Shown piece after piece: positions 31,611 to 42,110 of a stretch of 64,000 bases of DNA. The notes beneath the pieces are model-generated. The model worked only from the letters and a program-made list of their open reading frames with translations, made no database searches and had not been told where the DNA came from. The position numbers and the translations under genes are program-made. The stretch lies in IMG/VR virus record IMGVR_UViG_3300034358_000008, positions 62,001-126,000 of that record; one strand, given 5' to 3'. Positions within the stretch are counted from its first letter, which is position 1, and each line of letters begins with the position of its first letter.

Positions 31611-32600
31611 TTGGAGCTTTACTTGATGACCCCTTACGATTTTGAAAAACCAACTGGCCCAGTAAAAACATGTTTGATCTTTGCCGGTGGTGCTGGTCTT
31701 AACGTAGCAACCCATTTGGTGGACCTGCCTAACGTCCACTGTATTGATACCTGTGACAAGAACCTGGTTGATGCACACAAGAAGACCAATGTGTTCCTGA
31801 CCAAGGGTACGCGTGGTGCCGGTAAGAACCGTAAATACATCTTGCCTCTGATCCGTCCTCAATTGCCAGACATCATGGCGACTATCCCAGATGCAGACTT
31901 CTACATTCTCTGCTATTCGTTGGGTGGTGGTTCGGGTTCGACTCTTGCTCCATTGATTACCAACCAGCTGGCTCAACGTGGTGCTTCGTTTGTAAGCTTC
32001 GTAATCGGTGCAACTGAATCTCCTGAGGTTCTGCAAAACGACACTGATACCATGAAGTCGCTTGAAGCGATTGCTATGCGTATGAAGCTGCCAGTCGTTG
32101 TGAACTACACCCCTAACGTAAATGGTCTCACTTTCGATGCCATTAACCGCGGTGTTGCAGAGAACATCCGTCGTGTGGTTTGCCTGACTAATGGTAACCA
32201 TGGTCGCTTGGACGTACATGACGTATCCAACTGGGTACGCTTCACTGATAAACATACGCAACTGATGCCGCAGGTATGTGAACTGCATATCGAGACCAGC
32301 CGTAAAGATGCTGAAGGTATCCCTGAACCCATCGCTACAGCTAGTCTGTATCTGGATGAGTCCAAGGAATTCGCTTTCGGTAACCCTGTAGCGCGCACTG
32401 TAGGTATTATGAAAGCAGATGATACCGATGTGACGGATGATCAGATGCACTTCGTGATCAACTCCGTAGGCGTCGTAGAGATCATGAAAGGTATTGCTGA
32501 TACCCGCACCGAACAAGTCCGTAAGCAAGCAATGTTCGTACAACGTAACCCGCTGCTCGATCCAGACGACAACATCGATGACGATGGCATGGTAGTCTAA
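31611..32600 (+). CDS. phuZ: Phage tubulin PhuZ
   Basis: FAGGAG loop, GAGKNR, tubulin signature SLGGGSGS, LDVHD, acidic C-terminal tail. Confidence 0.92.
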   Translation: MELYLMTPYDFEKPTGPVKTCLIFAGGAGLNVATHLVDLPNVHCIDTCDKNLVDAHKKTNVFLTKGTRGAGKNRKYILPLIRPQLPDIMATIPDADFYILCYSLGGGSGSTLAPLITNQLAQRGASFVSFVIGATESPEVLQNDTDTMKSLEAIAMRMKLPVVVNYTPNVNGLTFDAINRGVAENIRRVVCLTNGNHGRLDVHDVSNWVRFTDKHTQLMPQVCELHIETSRKDAEGIPEPIATASLYLDESKEFAFGNPVARTVGIMKADDTDVTDDQMHFVINSVGVVEIMKGIADTRTEQVRKQAMFVQRNPLLDPDDNIDDDGMVV

Positions 32601-32637
32601 ACATAAACGCCCTACCTTCGGGTAGGGCTTTATTCCG
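32601..32637 (+). terminator. Intrinsic terminator
   Basis: GCCCTACC-TTCG-GGTAGGGC. Confidence 0.8.
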
Positions 32638-32649
32638 TTAGGAGTTAGT

Positions 32650-33202
32650 ATGAACGAAATACTAGTTGAAGACCAAGACCTTAGTCCGGGTTACCCAGGG
32701 GATTTCCTCCTCATTGTTAAACATGTAACAGATCAATTCGTTACTGTAGCAACCACTTATCCTAGTGCACTGTCGCACGAAGAAATGTGGATACGTAGTT
32801 ACAAATACGTTGGTCCAACAGTCTTCAATGAAGAAACCGATATGTTCCATGTAACTTATCAACGTCACCACTGAGGTTACTATGCCGAACTGTAAAGAAG
32901 GTGAAGGCCTCTGTTATATCTCACCTGATGTATTCGAAACAACCGCTCTTGTAAAAGGAACTCGTTACACAGTCATCCTCTTGGGAGATGGCGATGTAGT
33001 AGTCCGTGGTTATGCCACCGTCGGTAAGAGTGAGTTTGATGAAGACTTCCGTATTCATTTAGCTGATGATAACCAACGTGCATTTGTGTCTATGAAGTTA
33101 CCGGTGTTCAGTACACGATACATACACAACTTCGATATCATCATCCGTGATGAAGAGCGAACTCTAATCATGCTTCCTAACGTGGGTGCTCCGCGTGGCT
33201 AA
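32650..33202 (+). other. Hypothetical ORFs 32650-32874 and 32882-33202
   Basis: AGGAG and GAGGT RBSs. Confidence 0.6.
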
Positions 33203-33656
33203 AGTTACTTTCCTTAACTGTTGGAATGCTGAGAAGTACCCTCTCCCAGTTCCGGTAGTGAGCTTTAACGAGTGGAACGGTCTAGAGCCGGGTCAACGCC
33301 ACACCTACCCACTCGGAACACACCACAAAGACGTACAGCGGATCTACTGTGATGACGTACCCGATGCACCGGATAACACTTACCGGGTATTCGACTACAT
33401 TGATGCCATCAAGATCCTCACGTTCTTGGATAAGTATCCAGGTGAAGACATTCTGGTCCATTGTGCAGCAGGGGTTAGTCGCTCCCCAGCCTTGGTCAAG
33501 TTCATGATCGACTACTTCGGGTACACACAAGACCTCGAGTTGAATGGTAGTCCTGATGCATTTAAGTGTCACAATACTCAGGTCTACTATACTTTGAAAC
33601 GGGCGATCCTAGATCACCCTAACATTCAAAAACGTCTAAAGGAAGCTAACCAATGA
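33186..33656 (+). CDS. Protein tyrosine / dual-specificity phosphatase
   Basis: P-loop LVHCAAGVSRS (HCx5R). Confidence 0.85.
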   Translation: MLRVAKVTFLNCWNAEKYPLPVPVVSFNEWNGLEPGQRHTYPLGTHHKDVQRIYCDDVPDAPDNTYRVFDYIDAIKILTFLDKYPGEDILVHCAAGVSRSPALVKFMIDYFGYTQDLELNGSPDAFKCHNTQVYYTLKRAILDHPNIQKRLKEANQ

Positions 33657-35749
33657 AGAAGACCAAGTTTAAAGGGAACAATGCAAAAATCGTTGGCGAC
33701 ACCCGTCTTACCAAGCGTGAGATGAAAAAGATGCAAGCTGCTTACCACAATGTGGAACGTGACTTCACAGCTAAACTGGAACGTGAGAAGAACAATCCAG
33801 CCCATACTAACGAAGACATCGTACCTGCGGATCTTGGCCATGAGCTGGCATGATGCGCTGTCCCTATTCGGGATCTGGTTTGCAATGGCTATCGCGTACT
33901 GGGTCATCAGTCGTATTGATTCAAGGGGAATGAAATGAGCCTAGCTTACTTCCTCGTCTTCTGGGGAATCTGCGGAATGATCTTTAGCGCGCTCTGTTGG
34001 TTCGGTACATGGTGTGAAGGTCAACGTGCTATCCACTGGCGTTGGATCTTCATCGTATCACTGGTTGCAACTATGATCGGAACAATTCTTTAAAGGTGAT
34101 GTATGACTAAGTCTAAAGCACGGATTGATTATGCCGTTGCTTGCGACTTAGGTCTTGTACTTTCAACCCATGCTACAACGATTAGGGAGATTGCCGAGAA
34201 TCCAGAAAACGTGTTGGCTTTGCTCTTCGCTTACGAAGATGGAGAAATAACCCAATACGACCTGGTACCGCTCTGGCGTGAGATTAATGGGATGCGAATC
34301 AAGTTACCTAAGTTCCAGTTGCATCCCATTATCGAGGAGCGACTGAGCAAGCAATTCTATCAACGTTACTACGTGGCACACAGTCGTACGCTTACTCCAA
34401 TCAAGCTGAAATCCACAGCGGAGTTTGCTAGACGTTTGCCATTTGAGACTGGTAATCTCATCGAGTGTTTAACTTCAACAGTTGTCCCTGAATTAATCAT
34501 GGGTCTTCGGGCCAAGCCACTTTTATTCCATCGAAGGAAAATCCAATATGAACACCCACACAAACGCACTGAACCTATCTGCGTATAAACCGCTCTATGT
34601 GAAAGAGCTTCAACTGTCGATCTACAAGATCCTCAAAGAAGCCAACAAGTGGTACCGTGAAGACTACCTCAAGACGGGTAAGATCACGACTTATGGCATC
34701 AAGGGTTTGACTCCTACGTGGACGACAGTCGGTGATATCCTAACCATTCGGTTGGAGGCAGATCATTGCAACTACTGTGTGATCACCCATCAGATTAACC
34801 CTGGTGAACTGTGTCTTACTCACCTCACATTCCATGTAGCTCCAGAAGCAGTGGACGAAGCTGAAGTATACGAACTGATGTTGATCGGTATCGTACGTCT
34901 TTACGCTCAGTTCAAGGAGTTGAACGATGCATCGTAAGGATCAATTGCACAAGAACATACAGGACTGGTTGGATCTGGATCTACCAGAAACCTGTACGTC
35001 GATGGACCAGTTCAATAGCCTCAATGTTAAGCGGGTTGGTATGCGTGTAGAGTTCAATCAAAAGATTCGAGGTAATACCAACTTCCTAGGTCTTGCAATG
35101 TTGAATCCAGATGGGACTTTGAATGGTGTAATTATCCCAGGCCTATCCACTCCGATCATGAGTCTTATTTTGTTCGGACTAGAGAAAGCTGTCGAGACTA
35201 ATTGATGCATACGCAAGCCCTCATAGAGCAAGTTAAAGCTGACGCTTATGAGTTACTACTACAGTTAAGTAAGAGATCGAAGCAAGATGAGATTCACAAC
35301 AGGGTTGATGGTGGTAGCAATGATTGGCGCAACGGCGTACTTCGGGAAATTGTCATACGACGTCCGTCATCGACCAATCGAGCATAAAGCTGCACCAACC
35401 CAGATCGAACTTGACTATCAACAATGCCTACGCGGTAAACGTGGATCTGTTGGAGTAACCTCTATGGATCAAATGCAAGCATGTAAAAAGGAAACCGGTT
35501 ATGATCTGGCTTAAAACAATGACCTTGGTTATTGGCGGTATGATGGGCTATGAAAGTGCTGCCGTAAACGAAGTTATCGTACCTAGCATGCGTGAATGCG
35601 TAGCTTACCTCGATTACCATGTGAACGAACCATCCGATGGCGGCATTCAACCTGACCAGTATCGTGAATCTAAACAGTCCCTCACGACTGTATTTGAATC
35701 ACAAGGTACCCGTATCAAGATCGTTCGTGACTGCATAGAAATCAAGTAA
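33653..35749 (+). other. Small hypothetical ORFs (33653-33853, 34103-34588, 34548-34937, 34927-35205, 35287-35514, 35501-35749, plus tiny membrane peptides around 33840-34093)
   Basis: Overlapping stop/start chain. Confidence 0.6.
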
Positions 35750-35750
35750 C

Positions 35751-35800
35751 AGCATAAAGCCCAGCCGTAGTGGCTGGGCAATATGTCCTTTCTTTTTTCA
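35751..35800. terminator. Bidirectional terminator
   Basis: GCCCAGCC-GTAGT-GGCTGGGC plus T-run. Confidence 0.8.
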
Positions 35801-36628
35801 CTGACCAGCAATGATGGTTCGAATGTGAGAGCGGTTACCCTCTGGATCGTTGAAGCAACGAAGGATCTTCTGAACACGTTTAAGTTGTTCATCGTATTTC
35901 TCGTTAGCATCCGACCATTCGTAGACCTTATCACGGAACACACCGAGTTCTTGACCACCACTCAACTGAGCTTCACCCATAGAGATGAACATCTCGTTGT
36001 AGCAGTGTGCTTGAACAGCGTACTCAACCAGTTTAGCAAATGCCGGGTAACTAGGTTGACGGATATTCAATAGCTCATCATCGTTACCCAGACGACAGCT
36101 CAGATAAGCGGTAGCCGAAGGCATGAAGATAAAGCGAACCATAAAGGTGTTGTGGTTAATCAAACCTAAGTAACTGGTTTGAGCTACCGGCACACGTTTA
36201 GCGGAGTCCAACACTTGGCGGGTGACCGAAGTCATTGCCCCTTGGTTACCATGCATTGCATAACCACCACTTTGATAACCCAGTACCCCAAAGTGGATAC
36301 TGTAAAGCTGTACGATCGGACGACCTTGGGTATACTCATCAGGGATGTAGTAGATCGTGGTGTATGGATCGACGTATTGTGCTCTGACGGGATAGTCGAG
36401 GGGAATGAATGTCTTCGTACCCCCAATGATCTCCAGATCGGGTTTAATACGTGCTTCGATTACGGCTTCGCGAATTCGGTGTTCCATGGAGATGTTAGCA
36501 CCACAGCCAGATAGCTGACCGAGTTGTGCGTTCTGTTCTCCGTCATTACTGCTTACAAAAACCTGTTGCAGAATCTGACGCGGAATACGAGGTCGGATGT
36601 AGTTAATCGCATATTGGATAGCGCTCAT
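35798..36628 (-). CDS. Conserved phiKZ-like protein (gp42-like, probably virion)
   Basis: 276 aa on the minus strand downstream of phuZ; synteny. Confidence 0.6.
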   Translation of the reverse strand: MSAIQYAINYIRPRIPRQILQQVFVSSNDGEQNAQLGQLSGCGANISMEHRIREAVIEARIKPDLEIIGGTKTFIPLDYPVRAQYVDPYTTIYYIPDEYTQGRPIVQLYSIHFGVLGYQSGGYAMHGNQGAMTSVTRQVLDSAKRVPVAQTSYLGLINHNTFMVRFIFMPSATAYLSCRLGNDDELLNIRQPSYPAFAKLVEYAVQAHCYNEMFISMGEAQLSGGQELGVFRDKVYEWSDANEKYDEQLKRVQKILRCFNDPEGNRSHIRTIIAGQ

Positions 36629-36716
36629 GTCGAAAACGTCCTATATCGCATTTTAGAGGCCTTCCTGCCTGCGTAGTAATACTCACAAGGGGTATACTAT
36701 ACGTGGGGAAGCATTT

Positions 36717-36751
36717 AATACATTTTATTTGGAATCTATATCATGAAGGTG
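36717..36751 (+). promoter_or_regulatory. Early promoter
   Basis: AATACAT-N13-TATATCAT-N5-TG. Confidence 0.7.
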
Positions 36752-36771
36752 TATGTATTGAGGAATAACTG

Positions 36772-39447
36772 ATGTACGACAATCCAATTCTCCCGCACGT
36801 AATGTTAACCTTTGACATTAGACCGGTGCTACCGCTACTGGATCTCTACCATATCAACTACATTGCCCAAACGCGATACTTGAGGGAGATCGGTCACAAC
36901 CCTGATCACGCCTTCATCATGCAACTGGGTTCTGAAGGAGATCAAAAGATCCGAGTGCACCGAGAGAACGTAATAGATGACCTGATCTGTCGGGCAATCA
37001 ATTCGTTCGAGCACACATGGGTTCATCGTAACCTGAGAAACATTACACATGACGAGCAACGTGCATTCGAATCTTGTCATCTCGCTTGGTCGGCTTTGTA
37101 CCGATGCCTTATATTCCAACCTGAACATGCTGGACTATTCGCTCATTATCAACGGATTAATGATTCGATCTTCTTAGCTGTTCCCAAGTATTAATGGTAG
37201 ATGAAATGTCTGGATCTAAACGTTTTATTGTGCTTGAAGTTCAAGACCAAGCAGATGTAATTAAACAGCTCGTGGAGTACATGGCGTTATCCGCTCCACA
37301 GCTTGGCCTGAAAACAATCACTCGACGTGAAGCTACTAACATCCTTTACTTCATCGTCCGTGATGAGCTGGATGCTCTGCTGGCACACAAGCTGGGTGAT
37401 GTAGCCAATGCTGAGATGCTGATGGCTATTCTCTGGGGTATCCCAAGGAACAAGTTGACCAAAGCTCACGCTGACATGTATCGTGAACTGAAGCAACATA
37501 GCCTGTTCCAAGGTGCGATCTATGAGATCAACCTACAGATCAAACGTTACATCGAAGCCGATAGCTGGACGGATTGGAATGCTGTTAAAGTAGGTACTCT
37601 GATTGCACTGCATGAAGGTGAAGATCATCGCATCACCGAATACCACAAAGAAGCTAAAGCTCTGAGTGTCGATGATGAAGCAGTAGTAACCGTGAACTGC
37701 TGTAACCCGATCAACTATCTATACAACCAATTCAAAGTACGTTACGGCTCTAACATGCAGCAGTTGATGGCTCATGTACAGAACCCAATGGTTGAGATGG
37801 ACCCGTTCTGGCGTAAGATCATTTCAGATTTCTTCGCTGATCCTTCGGAATTCATTTCGAGTATCTTCGTAGATACGTTGATCAAGGTTAACCCACAGAT
37901 CGAGTTGGCTCCTACCGCTGCCCCGAAATTGAATCACATCATCCTCAAGATGCTGAACATCCATGATCTGGAGAAGTTCCAGAGTGATGTAGTATCGAAA
38001 CTGATCATCGCCTTCGGTTTGGGTTGGTTGGGTAGTAGCATTGCGAAAGATGAAAGCTACACGTTGGAGTACTATCGCGGCACCAACATCATGGCAATCT
38101 TCAAGAAACAATTTACTTCACTGACTGAAAAGTATGAAGAAGACTTGTTGCGTGCTTTCATTCGTAATGATTACCTCCCTGAGAAAGAACGGGTGATCGC
38201 GGAACGTCTTTACATTGATCGTCCCCAACAGGTACTTAACCTTAGCCAATGAAGACTATCCTCATCGCGTTAGATCACTGGAATGCTACCGCGTTCGGAA
38301 GTGATCATTGGTCCGTTGCTTCGTGGTTCTTTGGACCACGAGGTAAGTTCCTCAGCGCAATCGCTACGATTGCTGTTATCAACCCCATTAAAGAACTTGG
38401 TGAAGAATATGTTGAAACGATTACTGAAACGGCAGAGGAACTCATTGGTCGACGGCTTGATGATCCAGACGAAGAAAATCCACCTCCAGAAGATCTCACC
38501 GATTCTGACCGAGCGGAAATTGTCTCCTACTTGTTGGACTGTCATAAAGCGATTCGTCCGTACCTGCCAGACTGCGGGACACTCGCTCTGCACTCCTTTG
38601 TAACATCTCCCGAATACGAAGACCTGTATCTGATAATCAAACATCACGATGATAAAGAATATTCTGATCAGACTGTCCCCGGAAGTGGTATACGGGCCAT
38701 CACTATCCCTAGTTGAATTGCTGGGTGATAAAGTTGGTTTATCAGTGAGTGATATAAATGACGCCATGATAGCTTACGTTGAGTATCAATGGTTTAATGG
38801 ATGTCACTCGATGGATGATAGCGAATTCGTACAGACGTACTTCATGGGTGATACCGTGGGGTACTCTGTACTTTATGCCGTTCAAGCCCAGATGATGGAA
38901 ATTGGGTCATATGTTCCAGGCCCAGTACAGTCGTTACGTTACGCTCGAACTATCAAAGATGGCTTCTATGTCATCGGGACCATTGATGAACACGCTTCTG
39001 ACCTTCGATGCAACTAGATTCAACCGACACGTATCACCTAATGATGACCACTGTATGGTCGATTTCATTGTTGAAGAATATGGAGCTGCTTTACAATACG
39101 CAATCCGTTACTATGAAGGTAATCTAGCTTGCCTCATCAAGAGTCATTATGATGAAGCTTACCTTTACGCAGTTCTGAATAAGACCGATAACATCCATGA
39201 CCTAGACTGCCATGACGTCCGTAAGTTCATTAAACGGACTGTAACGGAGGATGGGGTAGTGTTAAGTACTAAGGCTCGATACGATGAATTAGTCGACTTG
39301 GTGATAGATGCCTTCAATGATGAAATTGGAGTTGTGCTCCGTAGAGTCCAGATGCAATCGCGGAGAATAAATACTGTGCAAGTACTAGGCTATGAAAACA
39401 GACTCCTCCGTGTGTTACTCGGTACCGACGCTCCAATAATTCCTTAA
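36772..39447 (+). other. Operon of hypothetical proteins (36772-37194, 37194-38252, 38249-38716, 38649-39017, 38986-39447)
   Basis: Coupled ORFs. Confidence 0.65.
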
Positions 39448-39455
39448 GGTGTAAC

Positions 39456-40310
39456 ATGAACCAACCACGCACAATCGGAATGATGATTAACCATCATGAG
39501 ATCGAACACACTTTGACTTCAATGGCAGATGTGATTCGTAACGCAGCCTACAAAGTTGCCACAGCCAGATATCCAATCGGTCATAGTCAACGAGATGAGT
39601 TCTTCGATGAAACAGGAACTCTATTGGCTTACGACGAGATGTCGATTAAAAGCTTACTCAAAGATGCACTGGAACATTACCTTCAATTCAATGCGGGTAT
39701 GCAGAATCCGCAGGCAATCGAATTCAACTATTACCTGAGTGATACATTCAAGCTGGTCCATGATCACATCAACTCGGAACCACACGTACTGAGTTTCCTT
39801 TCAGCTCAGTTCGCGATGGCGTGTGGTAATCTAGCTGGGATGTTATCTCCAGTTATAGAAGACCTGTCTCGTAGCGGACAAGGGATTGAGAAGGTTGAAT
39901 CGTTTACCATGAATACGGATGAATCCTATTACTTGGTGTACGGTGAGAATCATGAGAGTGTTGAAACTTACGATCCCAAAGACGATGATCTCAAGAGTAT
40001 GGTGATTAACGATACTCCAGAAGTCCTAGCTAACTGGGAAGTAAAGAAAAGACAAATCCGTGAGCAGGAAGATAACCAAGCGTATGGCGAATACACTAAA
40101 GCCCTTAAGAAAGCAGTAGATGAAGCAATCGATAACCCAACTCAACCATTGTGGAAAACGACTATCCCAAGGGTTCGTTTCAACGGTATTAGGGATACCT
40201 CGGTATTACCTATCATTGAAGCGCACCATGGTCCTACTGAACACGGCCATAGTTGGGGCGTCAACGTTACTATGCCACCTGCCATATTCCCGGAGCTAGG
40301 ATTAAAATGA
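39456..40310 (+). CDS. Hypothetical protein with a C-terminal tail-sheath-like peptide
   Basis: IPRVRFNGIRDTS matches the sheath N-terminus [13 protein letters not shown]. Confidence 0.65.
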   Translation: MNQPRTIGMMINHHEIEHTLTSMADVIRNAAYKVATARYPIGHSQRDEFFDETGTLLAYDEMSIKSLLKDALEHYLQFNAGMQNPQAIEFNYYLSDTFKLVHDHINSEPHVLSFLSAQFAMACGNLAGMLSPVIEDLSRSGQGIEKVESFTMNTDESYYLVYGENHESVETYDPKDDDLKSMVINDTPEVLANWEVKKRQIREQEDNQAYGEYTKALKKAVDEAIDNPTQPLWKTTIPRVRFNGIRDTSVLPIIEAHHGPTEHGHSWGVNVTMPPAIFPELGLK

Positions 40311-40732
40311 TAGCCGTCACTAATTTGTTCATTGTAGGTGAACCTACGAATGGACCTTTCTTAGCTCAGCGATTCGTCACTGAGTTCGAACAACGTAAAA
40401 AGGAGATACACCATGACGTCGATTATCCAGAAGACCCCATGGTACAGAAGGTAATCGATTTCACGATAGCGAATGGTTTAGACCTGAGGAGGTTCCAGCG
40501 TAATGTCATCGATACATTCGATCAATATGCAATGACGTTCTTCGATGATGATCTGGTAGAGCAACTCATTGAAGAAGGTGAGTCTCCAGACATGCATGAC
40601 GTTATTCAGATCATCGCTGAGTTCCAGACTGAGAACCCAGGCTACATCGTGCAGAGTCTAATACCTTTGGATCTCAAGGGTGCATTCGGTTACGTAGTTA
40701 AGGCGACTCCAAATGGAAATACCGAAGTATAG
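40307..40732 (+). CDS. Hypothetical protein, paralog of 40713-41168
   Basis: Shared GP..A.R and PLDxxGxFG[YF]VV motifs. Confidence 0.65.
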   Translation: MIAVTNLFIVGEPTNGPFLAQRFVTEFEQRKKEIHHDVDYPEDPMVQKVIDFTIANGLDLRRFQRNVIDTFDQYAMTFFDDDLVEQLIEEGESPDMHDVIQIIAEFQTENPGYIVQSLIPLDLKGAFGYVVKATPNGNTEV

Positions 40733-41168
40733 CTTTATCACGATGGTTCCTTGGGCTGGACCTATCATGGCTGAACGTTGGAAGATTGATCTAACTGAAG
40801 CCATGGGACGGGTAATCGAAGAATACGAGTTCTTGATGAAACGTCATGCGGCACCTAAAGGTGACTTCAGTATCTACAGTCGTATGGCCCAATGTAAGTC
40901 AAAGGCTGAACTAGCTATCGAACTGATGAACGTATCAGTCTCACTCTTCGATTCGTTTCAGTATGAGATCCGTGATACTTACCGTGAAAACTTCAGGGAT
41001 ACCCATTACCCAGATGAGTTCTTTGAATGTGCTGATACGGTATCAGTTAAGGAAATCTTGACAGAGTTCTACAAGTTACATCCTGAAGTAACGGTCGTTA
41101 CTATGATGCCATTAGACTTCGATGGAACGTTTGGATTCGTAGTTATCCCCAAAGATATGAATCCATAA
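40713..41168 (+). CDS. Hypothetical protein, paralog of 40307-40732
   Basis: Same shared motifs. Confidence 0.65.
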   Translation: MEIPKYSFITMVPWAGPIMAERWKIDLTEAMGRVIEEYEFLMKRHAAPKGDFSIYSRMAQCKSKAELAIELMNVSVSLFDSFQYEIRDTYRENFRDTHYPDEFFECADTVSVKEILTEFYKLHPEVTVVTMMPLDFDGTFGFVVIPKDMNP

Positions 41169-41183
41169 ACAATCGGTATCATC

Positions 41184-41591
41184 ATGGCAACTATTCAAGA
41201 GATCCCTATTGGGACAGTAATCTCCTTCGAGGTATACCCATCTGCCCAGTACGGTAACGACTTTAAAGCGGTAACCCTACAGGCCGTGTTCGATGCCAAC
41301 ATTGCACGTATGCTTGGTTTCGACGTAGTATCCGCTAACCAAAACGTTTACCAGTCTCTGCCATCAGGGACGCCGGTAGACCCAACCCAGTACAGCTACT
41401 TCCAGATCCGCTATGCTTCTGGGGAGACTCAGATCCTTGGCGTACCTTGGATTCGTTCTGGTACCCTATCGGTTCATAACGGTAAACGTCTGACTATGGT
41501 GTTCGACGACTTTGATGAAGTACGTAAGGATCGTATCTTGGCTGCCGTTAAGGCACAGGGTGAAAATCCTAACTCGGTTACTTTTGTTTAA
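41184..41591 (+). CDS. Conserved phiKZ-like protein (gp49-like)
   Basis: 135 aa; synteny upstream of the polymerase gene. Confidence 0.55.
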   Translation: MATIQEIPIGTVISFEVYPSAQYGNDFKAVTLQAVFDANIARMLGFDVVSANQNVYQSLPSGTPVDPTQYSYFQIRYASGETQILGVPWIRSGTLSVHNGKRLTMVFDDFDEVRKDRILAAVKAQGENPNSVTFV

Positions 41592-41593
41592 CT

Positions 41594-41634
41594 AAAGCCC
41601 TCTCTTCGGAGAGGGTTTATGCCGTTTTCTTTTT
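41594..41634 (+). terminator. Intrinsic terminator
   Basis: CCCTCTC-TTCG-GAGAGGG plus T-run. Confidence 0.8.
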
Positions 41635-41666
41635 AGAAGTTATTATAGGCCTATATTACTTTGGTG
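41632..41666 (+). promoter_or_regulatory. Early promoter
   Basis: TTTAGAA-N13-TATATTAC-N5-TG. Confidence 0.7.
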
Positions 41667-41706
41667 CAGTTGAGAGTAATATCCCTTCAGCTTCAGGAGT
41701 AATACC

Positions 41707-42024
41707 ATGGAACTTAACAAATACGTAATTGGTGGTACCGTTGCAGCAGTAGTAGCCATCGGTGTTGTCGTCTATTGGGTCGCGAGTAAAAAGGACGATA
41801 TTCCCGCCCCACCGTTTAAAGAGCCAAACGTGGAAGCGTTTAAAAAGTCGATGGAAGAACGCTACAAACATCCTGAGTCGATTCACATCAGTGATGAAGC
41901 TCGTGCTGAGATCATTAAGGGTGTTCACTACAACATCCAAAATGATATCAAATCGATGTTCAGCGTGATTCACCACATTGAGCTGAACGCCTACAACGAA
42001 AAGCTCTTCAAGAAACACAGTTAA
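41707..42024 (+). CDS. Small protein with an N-terminal membrane anchor (monocistronic early gene)
   Basis: One TM helix; own promoter and terminator. Confidence 0.7.
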   Translation: MELNKYVIGGTVAAVVAIGVVVYWVASKKDDIPAPPFKEPNVEAFKKSMEERYKHPESIHISDEARAEIIKGVHYNIQNDIKSMFSVIHHIELNAYNEKLFKKHS

Positions 42025-42030
42025 CCAGAA

Positions 42031-42072
42031 TGGGCTACCTCCGGGTAGCCCACTTCTACCCTTTCTTTTTTT
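42031..42072 (+). terminator. Intrinsic terminator
   Basis: GGGCTACC-TCCG-GGTAGCCC plus T-run. Confidence 0.8.
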
Positions 42073-42110
42073 ACTCAGCATCCCTCTAGTATGTATTTCT
42101 GGAGGTTCTC

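Noticed and set aside
41707-42024. ARAEIIKGVH similarity to polymerase ARMEVKGV
   Set aside because: Needs a gap in a short match; likely chance.
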